From assembly GCF_000281045.1 (NCBI RefSeq), contig NW_008246073.1:682693-730097 (forward strand): 47,405 bases of DNA. Reading direction: 5' to 3'. Made by a program: the position numbers and the translations under genes. Numbering within the stretch: position 1 is the stretch's first letter; each line of letters begins with the position of its first letter. Source of the stretch: Saprolegnia diclina VS20. Lineage: Eukaryota. Below are positions 11,633 to 23,500 of the stretch, in pieces. Under the pieces are notes generated by a model. That model made no database searches, was not told where the DNA came from, and saw only the letters and a program-made list of their open reading frames with translations.

Positions 11633-13608
11633 ATGTTTGCGAAGGCCTTCAACTTGAGTGGCAACACGCGCCTCAAGGGCAAGGACGTCAAGAAGCTCCG
11701 CGTGGACCTCCTGCGCGCTTGCGCCATCGACGGCGACGTCGCCTGGAGCTACCTGGAGAAGGCGCCGATCGCACGCGTCAAGCTCGCGGCGCCGTCGCGC
11801 ACCTTGCTCTACACGGACGCCGACATGAACGTCGTCGCCTTTGACATTAACGGCAAGGGCGACGTCGTGCCGACGACGTTCCTGCTGTGGCACGAGCCCG
11901 AGCTCCGCAACCGCATGCCCATGCTCACCGTGCACGCGCCCGTGAGCCACTACCTCTTGCGCGGCGCCGACCCAATGCTGCCCGGCGTTGTCCGCCGCTT
12001 CGAGACACCGCTGGAGAAGGGCCAGCTCCGCGCCGTCTGTATCAGCGGCAACCCGATGCCGTTCGCAGTCGGCTCGATGGTCGTCGACGACGACCACCTC
12101 GCGTCACAAGGCTGGAAGGGCAAGGCCATGGAACTCTACCACGTGTACGGCGACGAGCTCTCCAAGATGGGTCCGTCCCACAAGCGCTTTGTGCCGGATG
12201 GCTTTTCCGACTCGATCATTGAACCGACGTCCGAGGACATCGCGGAGGCGGCGGCGATCGAGGTGCAGGGTCTGAGCGATGACGAAGCCAAGCCAGCGCC
12301 TATCGACGACGGTAGCGACAACGAGGACGAGACGACGAGCTTGAGTGTGCCCGAGATGGACGCGCTCCTGGAACATTCGTTCTACCAAGCGATGAAGAAG
12401 ATCAAGCCGAGCGACGCGCCGATGCTCGGCAACCAGTTTTACGGCAACTACGTCTTGCCGCAGCGCCCGCTCGGGTCGACGATCCACCTCAAGGGCACGT
12501 CGTACAAGAAGTTCTCTGTCTTCCTCAAGGCCATGGCCCACCACGGTTCGATTGAGCTCAAGGAGCAGGATGGCGTCCAGACCATCACGCTTTTCCGCAA
12601 GACCCACCCGTCCGCATCTCGAAGTGAAAATACGTGCTCATCAAGCGTAGGGACGTGGCGCGACACACGCTGCATCACTCGGAACAGGACGCGATCGACC
12701 AAGCCGCCGAGGTACGTACTTGGTCAACCAGCATCGTGGCGACGGCCGCGTAGGAAGCGACGGGCGGAGCGTTTGTGCCGGGGCAGCACGCGCCCGAAGT
12801 GCTCCAGCTCTACCGGCTCACGCAGCAGACGCAGTTGGTGTGCGACAATGCTTCGCTCAAAGAAACCTTTGCCACCAGTGAACTCCGCAACAAGCTCAAC
12901 GCGTACATCAGCGCGCACGGCCTTGTGGACCCGCGCGAGCCGCAGTTTGTCAAGCTCAACCCCGACCTCACCGACGCCTTGTACAAGAAGAAGCCCGTGC
13001 GTTTGATGTCGCTCAGGAATGCCTACTTACGAGAGTGCGTATGCGTAGGACGCGGGGTACCCGGTCAAGCTGCCGCGCAAGGACATTCTGTCGCTCTTCC
13101 TCGACCGGCTTCGGGTACGGCGATCGATATCCATGGCGCATCGTACATGAATGGCATCAAGGCGTACCACGCCGTCATCTTGTACCCGGGCCACGACGCC
13201 AAGGAGATTGTGGGCGACTTCAAGCCCGTCCATATCAAGACAGAGCTCTCCAAGCGCCAAAAGCCCGTCACAATCGTCTCCAACTTTGCGGTGCGATTCG
13301 ATACATTGATACTTTTGTAGCCAGTGCGTTTGGTAGCAATTTGGCATTGACGCCGAGACGCTGGCCCACGACGCGCAGAAGAAGTGGGCGTGCAGGTATA
13401 TACATCCTGTTTATGGACAACATTGTCACATAGTCCATCGTCACCTAGTGCCTCGGCGTTGCTCGCGGCCGAGAAGGCCAAGGAACTCGACGTGCACATC
13501 CAGGGCAACCTCGCGACCGACGTGGTTGCGTACTTGAGCAAGGTCTACAAGCTCCCGCCCAAGTACTGCGTGACCGAGTTTGGCAAGGGCATCAAGGCCA
13601 AGCGCTAA
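11633..13608 (+). CDS. EIF2D: Translation initiation/recycling factor eIF2D (ligatin): pre-PUA, PUA, winged helix, SWIB, SUI1; multi-exon
   Basis: MFAKAF..LKGKDVKKLR, VVPTTFLLW, GADPMLPG (PUA), KGKAM..HVYGDEL, KGTSYKKFSVFLK, SWIB-like YISAHGL, and SUI1-like KPVTIVSNF..IQGN. In-frame introns at 12610..12650, 12712..12753 and 12997..13048, plus further ones. Confidence 0.9.
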
Positions 13609-13648
13609 GCGTACAACCAAACAGCGACATGCTTGATGTATATTGAAA

Positions 13649-16600
13649 CTAGTCGCGGTCAATGACGCCCTTGCTGTTGAGCACCGCGTACTCGAGCTGC
13701 GCCGAGAGCACCTCCCGACACGAGTACGCGGGCAAGTGCAGCGTGTTGGTGCACGTGCGTGCAAACGGCAGCGCACGGTCCACGTCCTCGTCGTCGTTGA
13801 TGACGCGCCGAACGACTTCGAACGGCGGCTTGAGCGTCTCGAGGCCGACGCCGCCGGGCGGCAAATTGGGACACCCGGTCGCGTAGAGGAGGAAGGCTCG
13901 GCGCTGCGCCGTCGTCATCGACACGAGTGTCTGGATAAAGTACTCGATCGGCGCGCTCGCCGCTGTGTAGCCGTGCGCGAGCTTGATCGTTTGGCGCAAC
14001 GACGCTTCCGTCCACTCGACGTCGACGGTGCCGCAGAGCGCTGCTTGGATCTCGTGCGCATGCAGCAGCCGGAGCTTCTCGGTCGCGACCACGTCGTTGA
14101 GGCCCTCGCGGAACGCCTGCACCTGGCCGGCAATGCCGCGGCCGAGCCAAATGTCGAGCACCTGCTCCACGTACGCCGACAGGTTCTCCGTCGTCACACT
14201 GAGCACGGCGCCGTTGGCCACTATCGCCAACGTCAAACTAGCAATTCAAAAGAAGCCAAGGCGGCGTCGTACCGAGCTCCGTCTGCGTACACGGGTCGAC
14301 AAACGACAGGTCGACAGCCTCGAGCCAGTCGGTCACTGGCGTGCCTTCGATAGTCACGGCGCTTGGCGCTTGTGTCTCAAGCGCCCGGGCCGCCTTGTAG
14401 AGCGAGTAGAGAATCCTACACGCTTGTGAGACGCCGAGTACAAAAGGACGCGCGACGCACCGGCCCGGCTCGAGAAAGATCGTCGGGAGGTCGTGCATTG
14501 CGATCGGCTCGTGCAGCACGAGCTGTAGAAAATGCTGTGCGAGCGGCAGCGGCAAGAGGCGGTCGTCCAAGAGCGCCTTGCCTGCCAAGCGTCTAACGAG
14601 ATCGGCGCTGAGATTGCCGTATCAATCTATCGAGACGTGTTGTACCCCACGAGGCGGAAGCGGTCGAGGAGCTCGGTGCGGCCGCGGGCGTCGACCGTTG
14701 GCAGCGGAAAGAGACCGTTCGGGTGCCGAATCATATCGTCCGACGTGTCTTCATCCCCGCGGACCCTAGGATCGTCGTATGAGGACTGCAATAGGCAACC
14801 CAATGTTGTTTATACCAGAGCGCCAGAGGTGCATTCGACTGCAACGCTAGCGCGGCCGCCGAGTAGAAAGCCGCAGTGACGCCCGAGCCATACCCGCGCT
14901 CCCCGACAAACACAATGTCGAGGATGGCTTTGCGCTTGCCGTGCACCTTCATGACGGCGTCGGCCGACTTGAGAATGTCGCTGCGCTCGACCTTGGCGCG
15001 TTCTTTCGGGAGTGGCGAGATCGAGAGCACCTCGTCCGACTCGGTCGACGGCTCCAAGTGGTCGCGCAGCCAGTGGAGCGACCGTGAGCAGCCAAACGCC
15101 GTCGTACGGAACAGCATCGATCGGAGCTCGAGCGGAAACAAAAATTTGGACTAGACACCAGCAGTATAAGAACACCGTCATGCGTCAATCTACCGCAGAC
15201 CTGGCGCGTGAGCTCGTCGCACCACGCGGGGTACGACCCACTCGTGATGCTCAGCACGTCGTGCAGCTGCAGGCGCAGCTTCCGCGACAAGCGAGTGTTG
15301 ACCCACATGTCGGCGTTCGCGTCATTGCCGTACTGCTTGTAGAGAACGGCGAGGAGGCGCAGCGCTTGGTGCAACGCGCCGTCGTGCGCGGTGTCCATTT
15401 CTTGCGATTTCGGGGCCACTACGTCACGGTACGTCGTCGGTTGCGTCGACGGAACCGCTGGGACAGGAGTCGACGCTGCGTCGTCATCCCACAAGACGGC
15501 AAAGTCGCAATACAACGAGTACATGCACTTCCACGGCGCCACGTTGGACGACAGCGCGGTCGATGGCTTGAGGCGCGAGAGGCAGTGGAGCAAGTTGTCT
15601 TCGGGCTGGAACGCCATGAGCGTTGTCGGTGCCGACGCCGACGGGGCTGCCAGCGAGCCCTCCGAGACGCCCAGGCTCTCCAGGTAGGCCGAGAGGAGCT
15701 TGCAGCGTCGGCTATCGCGACACAGGTGCGCGACAAAGTCGAAAAAACCGCTTAGCGTGAGGCAGGTACGCGCATGCTCGAGGGCCGCATACTGGCTAAA
15801 CCAAATGCCTTCCTCAGACGCCAGCAGCCCGAGCTTGACCGCCTTGACAAACGCACCAAAGTCCTCGAGGCCCAAGGTCAACGTGCTCTGGACGTTGACG
15901 GGCGCGGGTGGCAGCAACGTGGGGCGACCGCCAGTCGCAAACGCCTCGAAAAGGGCCGTGAAGATGGGTCGCACCGAGTCGAGCAAGCTCTTCTGGTTCA
16001 TCGTGAGCACAAGGCCCTGGAGCGGGTGGGTCGGGACGCCCTCGTCGTGGCCCTTGTCCGAGTACTCGCCGTACCCCAAGAGACAACGCACTTTGGGTGG
16101 CGCGTCACACGTCCATGACGCGCCGTCACGGACTAAAGTCGGCGGCGTCGGGGCGGCTCTTTGCTTGCCCTTGGCCTTTTTGGTTGGCGGTGGCGTCAAC
16201 GTTGCTGATGCGTCGTCGTCACCGCGGGGCCGCGTCAAGAGGCGGCGCAGTTGCTCCATCATCGGCCGACCGCCTTGCCGGAATTGAGATTCCAGCGCGC
16301 CCATCATGCGGTTGACTAGACAAAGCACGTGGTTGATCCAATAGAGCAAACTTAACGCCAAACTGTACCTTTGGAGGCGGCGGATCCGGGGCGCGCGCGC
16401 GGCTGGTGGGCGACCAGCGTCGCTTCGTCCACCGTGAGCGGCACGGGCGCGCCCTCCGTGCCAAAGGCCGCGTGCACCAAGAGCTGGTGGCGCTCGAGCC
16501 GCTTGACAACCACGGCGCTCACGCACACTTCCGAGAGCGACGAGCGCAACCACACGCGGTCGCCCGCCATCGACGTCGCGGCCTGGTCGAGCTTGAGAAT

Positions 16601-19600
16601 GTCCATCAGACGCTTCCGCTTCCCGCGCGCTTCGGTCATCGCCGCGTCCTGCTCCATGTCCACGTCCAGGACACTGCCGTCGTCGTCGTCGTCGTCGTCA
16701 TCGTCCTGCATGTCGCCACCCTCTTCGTCGTCATCATCCACTTCGTCATGGTCGTCCATGTCGTGCTCATCGTCGGCTTGTTTTTCCTCCTCCGACGCCG
16801 ACCCTAAACGCGAACATGACGAACCTGGCACGCGCGCGCATGCAAATGTACCGCGCCGCTTCTTGGCCCGCTTGGAGCGCCGAGTTTCATTCTTGTCGTC
16901 GGTCTTCGCCTTGCGCTTCAAGCTCGGGTCACTTCCAAACGCCTCCACGTTCATCGACACATTGGCAAACACAGTGAGCGGCTTCTTGACGAGGCGGTAC
17001 GGCTCTTCGTGCAGCACCTCCTCGGTAAAGTCGTCACCGCGCGAGACCAAGTGGCAGCCCGAGACAGAATCAAAGCCCGCGACGAGGCACTCGACCCACT
17101 TGCCGTCGATTTGGCGCCAAATGCGCTGGCCCACGAGGTTCCACGCGTACACCGTCCACTTCGGATCAGTGAGCGTCGCGCACCGAAACACCGTGCGCTC
17201 AAACGACGAGAAGAGCGTGAGCGGGGACGCATGGATGCTTCGCGGCGGCATGCTCGCGTACGTCGCGCACTGCGGCGTGAGGCGGAGTCGGCACCGCAGC
17301 TGGCGCGTGAGTGGGTACAGCTCCTTGCCCTTCGCGAGCCCGTAGCTCACGACTGGCAGCGTTTCATGGAGCCCAATCGCTTGGTGCAAATGATGCACGA
17401 GCTTCGCGAGTGACGGCTGCCACGGCACAGGGGATGCCTGCAGCAGCGAGAGGAGTGTCGGGACGACGCGCGACTTGGTAAATTCGTACGTTGTGACGCC
17501 ATTGTCGACACTGAGAAGCCGCAATATGTCAGCCACGCTTCCACGGTCGCAGGCCGCCTCGAGCTGCGAGAGCACATCGGACGCGGTTGTCGACGCGGTC
17601 GTCGTGGGCGTAAACCACGCATAGAGCGCGTCGAGCCACGCTTGGGCAAGACCCGCGAGCGTCGCGTCGTACGTCGGTGCTTGGCGCGACGCGATGGTTG
17701 ACACAAGAGCGAGAATACCCTGGCGCTCCATCTGCACGATCCACTCGGTGCGCTGGGGCCGCGTGAGCGCGTGCAAGAGACGCAGCGCCAGCACAAACGG
17801 ACCCACGGATGCCGCCTCGTCGCGCGCTTGATGCAGCTCCATGAGAAGACCCTGGATGATCTCGAGGAGGCGCGTCATTTGGCCAAACGAGAGGTCCACC
17901 GACGTGTTCAAGATGGCGCAGACCGCGCCGAGAATCGTCTGCGCAATCGCCTTGTTGTCGATCGTCGGGCAGAGCTCGAGGAGCGTTGCTAGGAGCTTGG
18001 ACGTGAACGCCGCGACATCGGCGTCGGGAAGGTCCACGGCGCATTCGATCGAGTCGATGCTTTGGGACCGGCCCCGGTCGTCGCCCGACTGCTCGTCCAT
18101 CGACTCGTCGTGGACGGTGCCGTCATCGCGGCCCATGTCGTCATTGTCCTCGTCTCCTTCTTCTCGTTCGTCGTCCAGTTCGTCGTCGTCGTCGTCGTCT
18201 TCTTCGTCGTCTTCTTCTTCCTCGTCAAACTCGCGCTCGGACGCTTCCGACTCGTCGACGCCGTCATCGACCATCCAATCCCGAGCAAACCACGCCGGGG
18301 GATCGTCGCTCTGCTCGTCCTTCTGGCTGTCGTACAGCGCGAGGAGCTTGACGCACGGGTTACTGGCTTCGGTGTCGCCCGCGGCGGCCAAGGCTTCGGC
18401 GACACTACGCCCGTTCGCGTCCAGCAGCTTGGGGTTGGCGCCGTGCTGTAAAAAGTACGATAGCACGTCGCAGCGTCGGTGCAAGGCGGCCGCGTGGACC
18501 GCATCCGGTAAGATCTCGGCGCCTTTTTGGACGAGGAACCGCACCATCTCCATGGAAGCGTGTTCGACCGCAAGCAGCACGAGGTCGTCGGTGCCACTGA
18601 GGCTTGCGCCATCGCGAAGGAGCGTGTGGACGGCAGGAACGGCACTCGCACGAACAAACGCCGCCATAAAGTCCGTCAACGGCGCCGACGCTCGGGGATG
18701 GACGCGCCGGACGACATGCGAGAGAAACCGAAGGGTGCTCGTGACCACGGCTTCCGACTTCGACGTCTTGAGCACGACCGTGAGCTGCGCGAGGAGGTCG
18801 GTCGCAACGGTCGCCGAGATGATGGTCGATAGAAGCGCCGGTGCGTCATCGAGCAGGTGCGTCAAGAGCGTCACGGCGGCGCGGCTGGCTTCGTGCCCGT
18901 CGTCCTGCTGCACCATGATCACCAGTAGCTGACGAAGGCAATGTTCCGGCATTGTGAGGTGTGAGCTCTTGTGCAGCGAGAGCGACCGGTGGTAAAGCGT
19001 CGTGAGGCTCTTGATCGCGGCGATTTGGACGCGTGGGTTGGCGTGGTGCAGGGCGTGGGCGATCGCGGTGACGACCGCGTCGAGCGGCAGCATTGGCGCA
19101 TGCTTCGTCGCCTTCTTCTTCGTCTTCTTGTCCGGCAGCTTGGCCTTGGTGCACACCTTGTGCAGCATCGCAAGCGACGTCAAGAGCACTTGGAGGTGGA
19201 GCGTCTCGGCAAATCGCACGAATTCGAGATACGCGATGAGCGATGGCGGGTCGCAGAGCGCGCGAAACGCCAGTGGGTGTGTCGAGCAGACGACGTCGAG
19301 GCCGTTGAGCGCCTCTTCGGCAAGCTGCTGCCGCAACTTCTTGTCTGTTGTCGGCGACGCCGCCATCTCGTTCATCGCATCGAGGTACATGTGCATCCAG
19401 TCGGCGGCGGCCTTGCCGTCGGCCGCGCGCTCGTCGAGCTTGACGAGGTAGTTGAGCGACTGGCATGCCAAGAGTCGGCACTCGAGCGCAAACGGAGACT
19501 CTTGCTTGAGGATCGAGCAGAGCAACGTCATCATCTTGGTATCGTGTTTGAGTCGCTGCGACTTGGGCCGCCCGAGGAGGAGGCTGACGCCAAACCCGGC

Positions 19601-20209
19601 GTCCGTGTCGGCGGACGCATCCATCATGGCCAAGTGGTGTGTGATCGATTGGAGCGCGTCGACAAGCGCCGTCTTGGACGCGCCCGGTGCGCAGAGCGCC
19701 TCGAGCTTCTCACCCGAGATGCCGAGTTGCGGGGCGTCGCTGCGAGAGCTCTTGTCCGAGAAGAGCCCCAGCGCCGAGGCCAGCGATAGCCCGCGGTGCG
19801 AGTTGAGATGCGCTGGGTTCGGTGTCGAGCACACGCTGCAGACCTGTGCATCGCGTGGGTTGAGTAACGTACATGCACTGCAAGCCCAGGACGACGCTGA
19901 CGCCGTTGCAGCCGGACCGGCCACCTTGGCGGTCCCACACATCTCGCAGATCGACGACGACCGAGCGTTCTCGTATGTGCACGCAGCGCAATTCCACGCC
20001 GCAGCCGCCGACTCGTCGCCGGACGGCTGGCTCATCTCGACCTCGCTCGATGACGACTCCATGCTCTCGTCGCGATCCTCATCGTCCTCATCGTCCTCGA
20101 TCTCATCATCGTCATCGTCGTCGTAGTGCTCCATGGAGCCGGCGCCATCCGTCCCGCTGCCCAGGTCGGCGCCCCGCAGCAAGCGCCCGTTGTCGTCGTC
20201 GTCCGCCAT
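13649..20209 (-). CDS. HECT E3 ubiquitin ligase, TRIP12/UPL3/Ufd4-like, with two RanBP2/NZF zinc fingers, ARM-like and ankyrin repeats; multi-exon
   Basis: Two WxCxxCTxxN..CxxC fingers and ANK-like LAVEH/AAALH..LQHGANP. TRIP12-type segments VTTYEF..S, HASPLT and FPLELR. HECT motifs FVGERGYGSGVTAAFY, GLFP, GKALLD, AFLLYATGCPNLPPGG and LPFARTCTNTLHLPAYS (catalytic Cys). Confidence 0.9.
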
Positions 20210-20286
20210 GCTGCTCGAGAATCGGGATCAAACGACCACAAAAGAGAACAAACGGGGGCGTGGCAATGGACAGCAGATGCGCCGCG

Positions 20287-20309
20287 GATTGGCTAAAAAA
20301 CAGCCAATC
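20287..20309. promoter_or_regulatory. Inverted pair of CCAAT boxes upstream of the HECT gene
   Basis: GATTGGCT-aaaaaac-AGCCAATC, about 80 nt upstream of the ATG at 20209. Confidence 0.5.
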
Positions 20310-20553
20310 ACAGTGCGTCGTCACCGGACCGCTTATCCGACTCGCAGATGTGACCCGACATTTTCCAGCGAACCGCCAGAGTGGACATATTGTCATTCGG
20401 GTAGACCGAGGTACATTGACCAACGTACAATATTGTAGTGTCGTCCCAATCCGCTTACTATCTCCAAGGCGTTCGGTTTCGCCCAACTCAAAAAGCAAAA
20501 TTGAATTTGAAGATCCACGCATTGAGCTAGGCAAGTGTTGATATTGCACAATA

Positions 20554-23500
20554 TTAGTTGTGGAACAAGTCGTCCATCGTGCTCCCGAGGTTCTCAACCA
20601 GCGAGACGGTCGGGAAGAAGCGCAGAACGTACTCGGACCGGTCCATGTGGTACTCGCCTCGGACGGGCGCGGGCGGGAGGTTGCTCGAGAAGAGCGACGC
20701 CGTCCGGATCTTGGTCGCGCGGCAAGAGAGCACGCCGTCGTCGAGGAGCATGAACGCCAAGCACCGCGTGTCTTGAAGCCCGAGGAGCCCCCGGAACTGC
20801 CGCTGGAGCTCGGCTTCGCTCAAGCCCGGGTAGCGCCACGCGAGCATCGCAGCCTCGCGCTTGAGCACAAGCAGGCATGTCGTGTTGACGCTGCCGTCCA
20901 GCTGCAGCCACGGCCGGGACGTCGTCGGCAGCTGCGACTCGTCAAAGCGCACGGCACCGTCGTGGACGGCGTACGGGCGCAGCTGCCACAGCGCGGCTTC
21001 GGACGCCGCCACGTAGCGCAGCTCGGCAAACGTGTGGGCCTCGAGGACCTTGGTGGCAGCGACGAGGGATGCAAGCCGGGACACGACCTGCGACGTCGAG
21101 TACCGCGGTCGATACTGCTTGAAGAGCTTGGAGCTGGCGACGCCGAGCGGGCCGGCCTCGATGAGGAGCCGGAGCAACTTGGTCTCAAAGAGCGTTGCGC
21201 ACGCGTCCAACGAGGCATGGCTCACATCGCAGTGGCACTCCCACGCCTCGTCCAGCTCGTCAAACATGTTGTCGTCGTCGTCCACCATGTCCATCTCATC
21301 GTCTTCGAGGCCATAGACAATGTCCGACACGTCGTGCTCGCTCCGACTCTTGGACGTGACGCTCCACTTGTCATCAAAGAGGTCGGGCGACTGGCCTTTC
21401 GTAAAGCGCACGAGGTGCCCGACAAACCCGTCCGAGTACTTGGCGTGGCCCTTCTTGCGCGGCGGCTCGACGTCCTGCACGTCGGCTTCAAAGGTCGGGA
21501 GGAGCGAAATCGCGCCCGTGACGGCGCCCGAGAGCAGCACCGCGAGGTGGCCCGCGCCCGTGTTGGCCGGCACGTCCGCCTCCACGTCGTCGAGGCCGTT
21601 CAATGACGCGGCGGCGTCCGCGGCCTCGAGACACATGGGCATCGGGTGCAGCGTTGGCGCCAGGCGCAGAAAATCAAACGTGCTCGGCGCGAGCGAGAAG
21701 CCCCGGCGGTGTCCAAGGTCCTTTTGCGTTGCTTTGACAAACATGTGGCTGAACCAGAGGTAGCGCCACACCATTTGGAGCTCGGTTGTGCTCCAGCGCG
21801 CAAAGAGCGCGTCCGCGACCTTGGCGTTATAGACCTCGTTGGGCTCGAGCATCATTTGGACAGCGCGGACAAAGCACGCGTACAAGCGCGGCGACTGGTG
21901 CACCGTCATTTCCTCCAAAAAGAGACCGGACGGGTTCTTGGCCGAGAGCATCTCGGCTTCCATGTCCCGCTTGCGCTTCTTGTGGACCGGGTTCGTCATG
22001 AGCGACTGGAGGCGGCGCTTGAGGTCCATCGGGCGCGCGTGGCCCACTTTGGTGCACATGGCCTTGTAGTTGATCTTGGTGCGGCCGAGGCGCGGGTTGC
22101 GGAACACGGCCTTGGGTTCGTTTGGCAGCCTGAGCTCGACCGGGACTGGGATCTGCCACGTGCTCGGGAGCTCGTCAAAGTAGAGCAAAAGCGCCTTCTC
22201 CTCGGTCGCTTCCATGAGCGGGTACTTGAGCTTCATGCGGATCGGCTCGGCCGAGACCTTGACGGGCCGCTTGCGGTGCACGTTCTTCGGGACGTACGAC
22301 GCGACGTGGTTCGAGTAGCGCTCGTCGCGGCGCTGGCGGGGCGCGATCGGCTTCAGCCGCTTCACCGGCAGCTTCTTGGGCGCGACGCGGTCGATCCACG
22401 CGTGGCGCACGTACGACGCGTTGGCACTGACAAACATGGCCGGCGACACAAAGCAGGGCGACGCAAAGCCGTTCTCGCCCACGAGCTCGAAGCGCGTGCG
22501 CTCGATCGAGATGCACTCGACAATGTCCCAGAACGCGTTGACGTCCGCAACCGAGTTGAACGTATGGCGCACGCGGAGCTCATGGTTCTCGTCCACCCGT
22601 TTAAACTTGAAAAACGTCACGGGGCGGAGGAAGCTAGTGTCGTCCAAGAGCACGACCCGGTCGCGTCTCTTGGCCTCGTGGACCACCGGGACGTCCATGT
22701 TTGCGCGGTGCAATACGAACCGGCCGCCGGTGATCGTGTCTTCGGAGGCCTGCAGCACCATGTCGTCGACATCGTCAAAGACAGCGGGGACGACGCTTGC
22801 GCGGGCCGTCACCGCCTCTTGGACGACGACTCGCAGATCCCGCAAGTGGTCCATGAGCCGTCGAATGCGGCGCCACTTGTTCTTTGTGATCTTGCTCAGT
22901 ACCGACTCGGAGAGGTCGTGCCACGACGGCGCGTCCGACCGCAGCACGCGCGTGAGCTCCGTCTCTTCGGCGGTCGTCATGCGCTCGCACGAGCCAAAGA
23001 TGTGCACAAAGTCCGAGAGCGGAATCCGCGACATGACTTGCAACAGCGAAAACGTGATCGGCGACGGCGTCGTTGTGTCCCAGAGCCCGAGCGACATGAG
23101 GATCTCGCAGATCGCGACGTGGAGCAGCTTGGTGCGGCACGCCAGCCCAAACGCCATGCCGAGCCGGCGGTTCTGCTGGCCCAAGACGACCGTCAGCCGC
23201 TGGGTCGAGAGGTGCGCGCTCTTGTTGTACACAATGGTCTTGGTCATCGGCGTCTTGTGGGCGGCGAGCGGGTCCCGGACGACGATGCGCATCGAGTCGT
23301 CGTTGTGCAGCATGCCGAGGTCCGAGACGTCTTCGTGCGCAAACGTCTCGATGAAATGGCGGATCGCGGGCTGGCCGGGCGCTGCGACGGCGCTTGTGAG
23401 AGCCACACAGCGCACTTTGCGGCGGTGGCGCGGGTCGCTTGACGGCACGAGCACGTCGAGGAAGACAACCGCCTTCTTCTTGACGAGCCCCTGGAAGATC

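Noticed and set aside
18140..18230. (TCG/TCT)n trinucleotide runs, also near 16680..16750 and 20080..20125
   Set aside because: They encode the Asp/Glu tracts of the HECT protein. They are not a separate repeat element or a CRISPR-like array.
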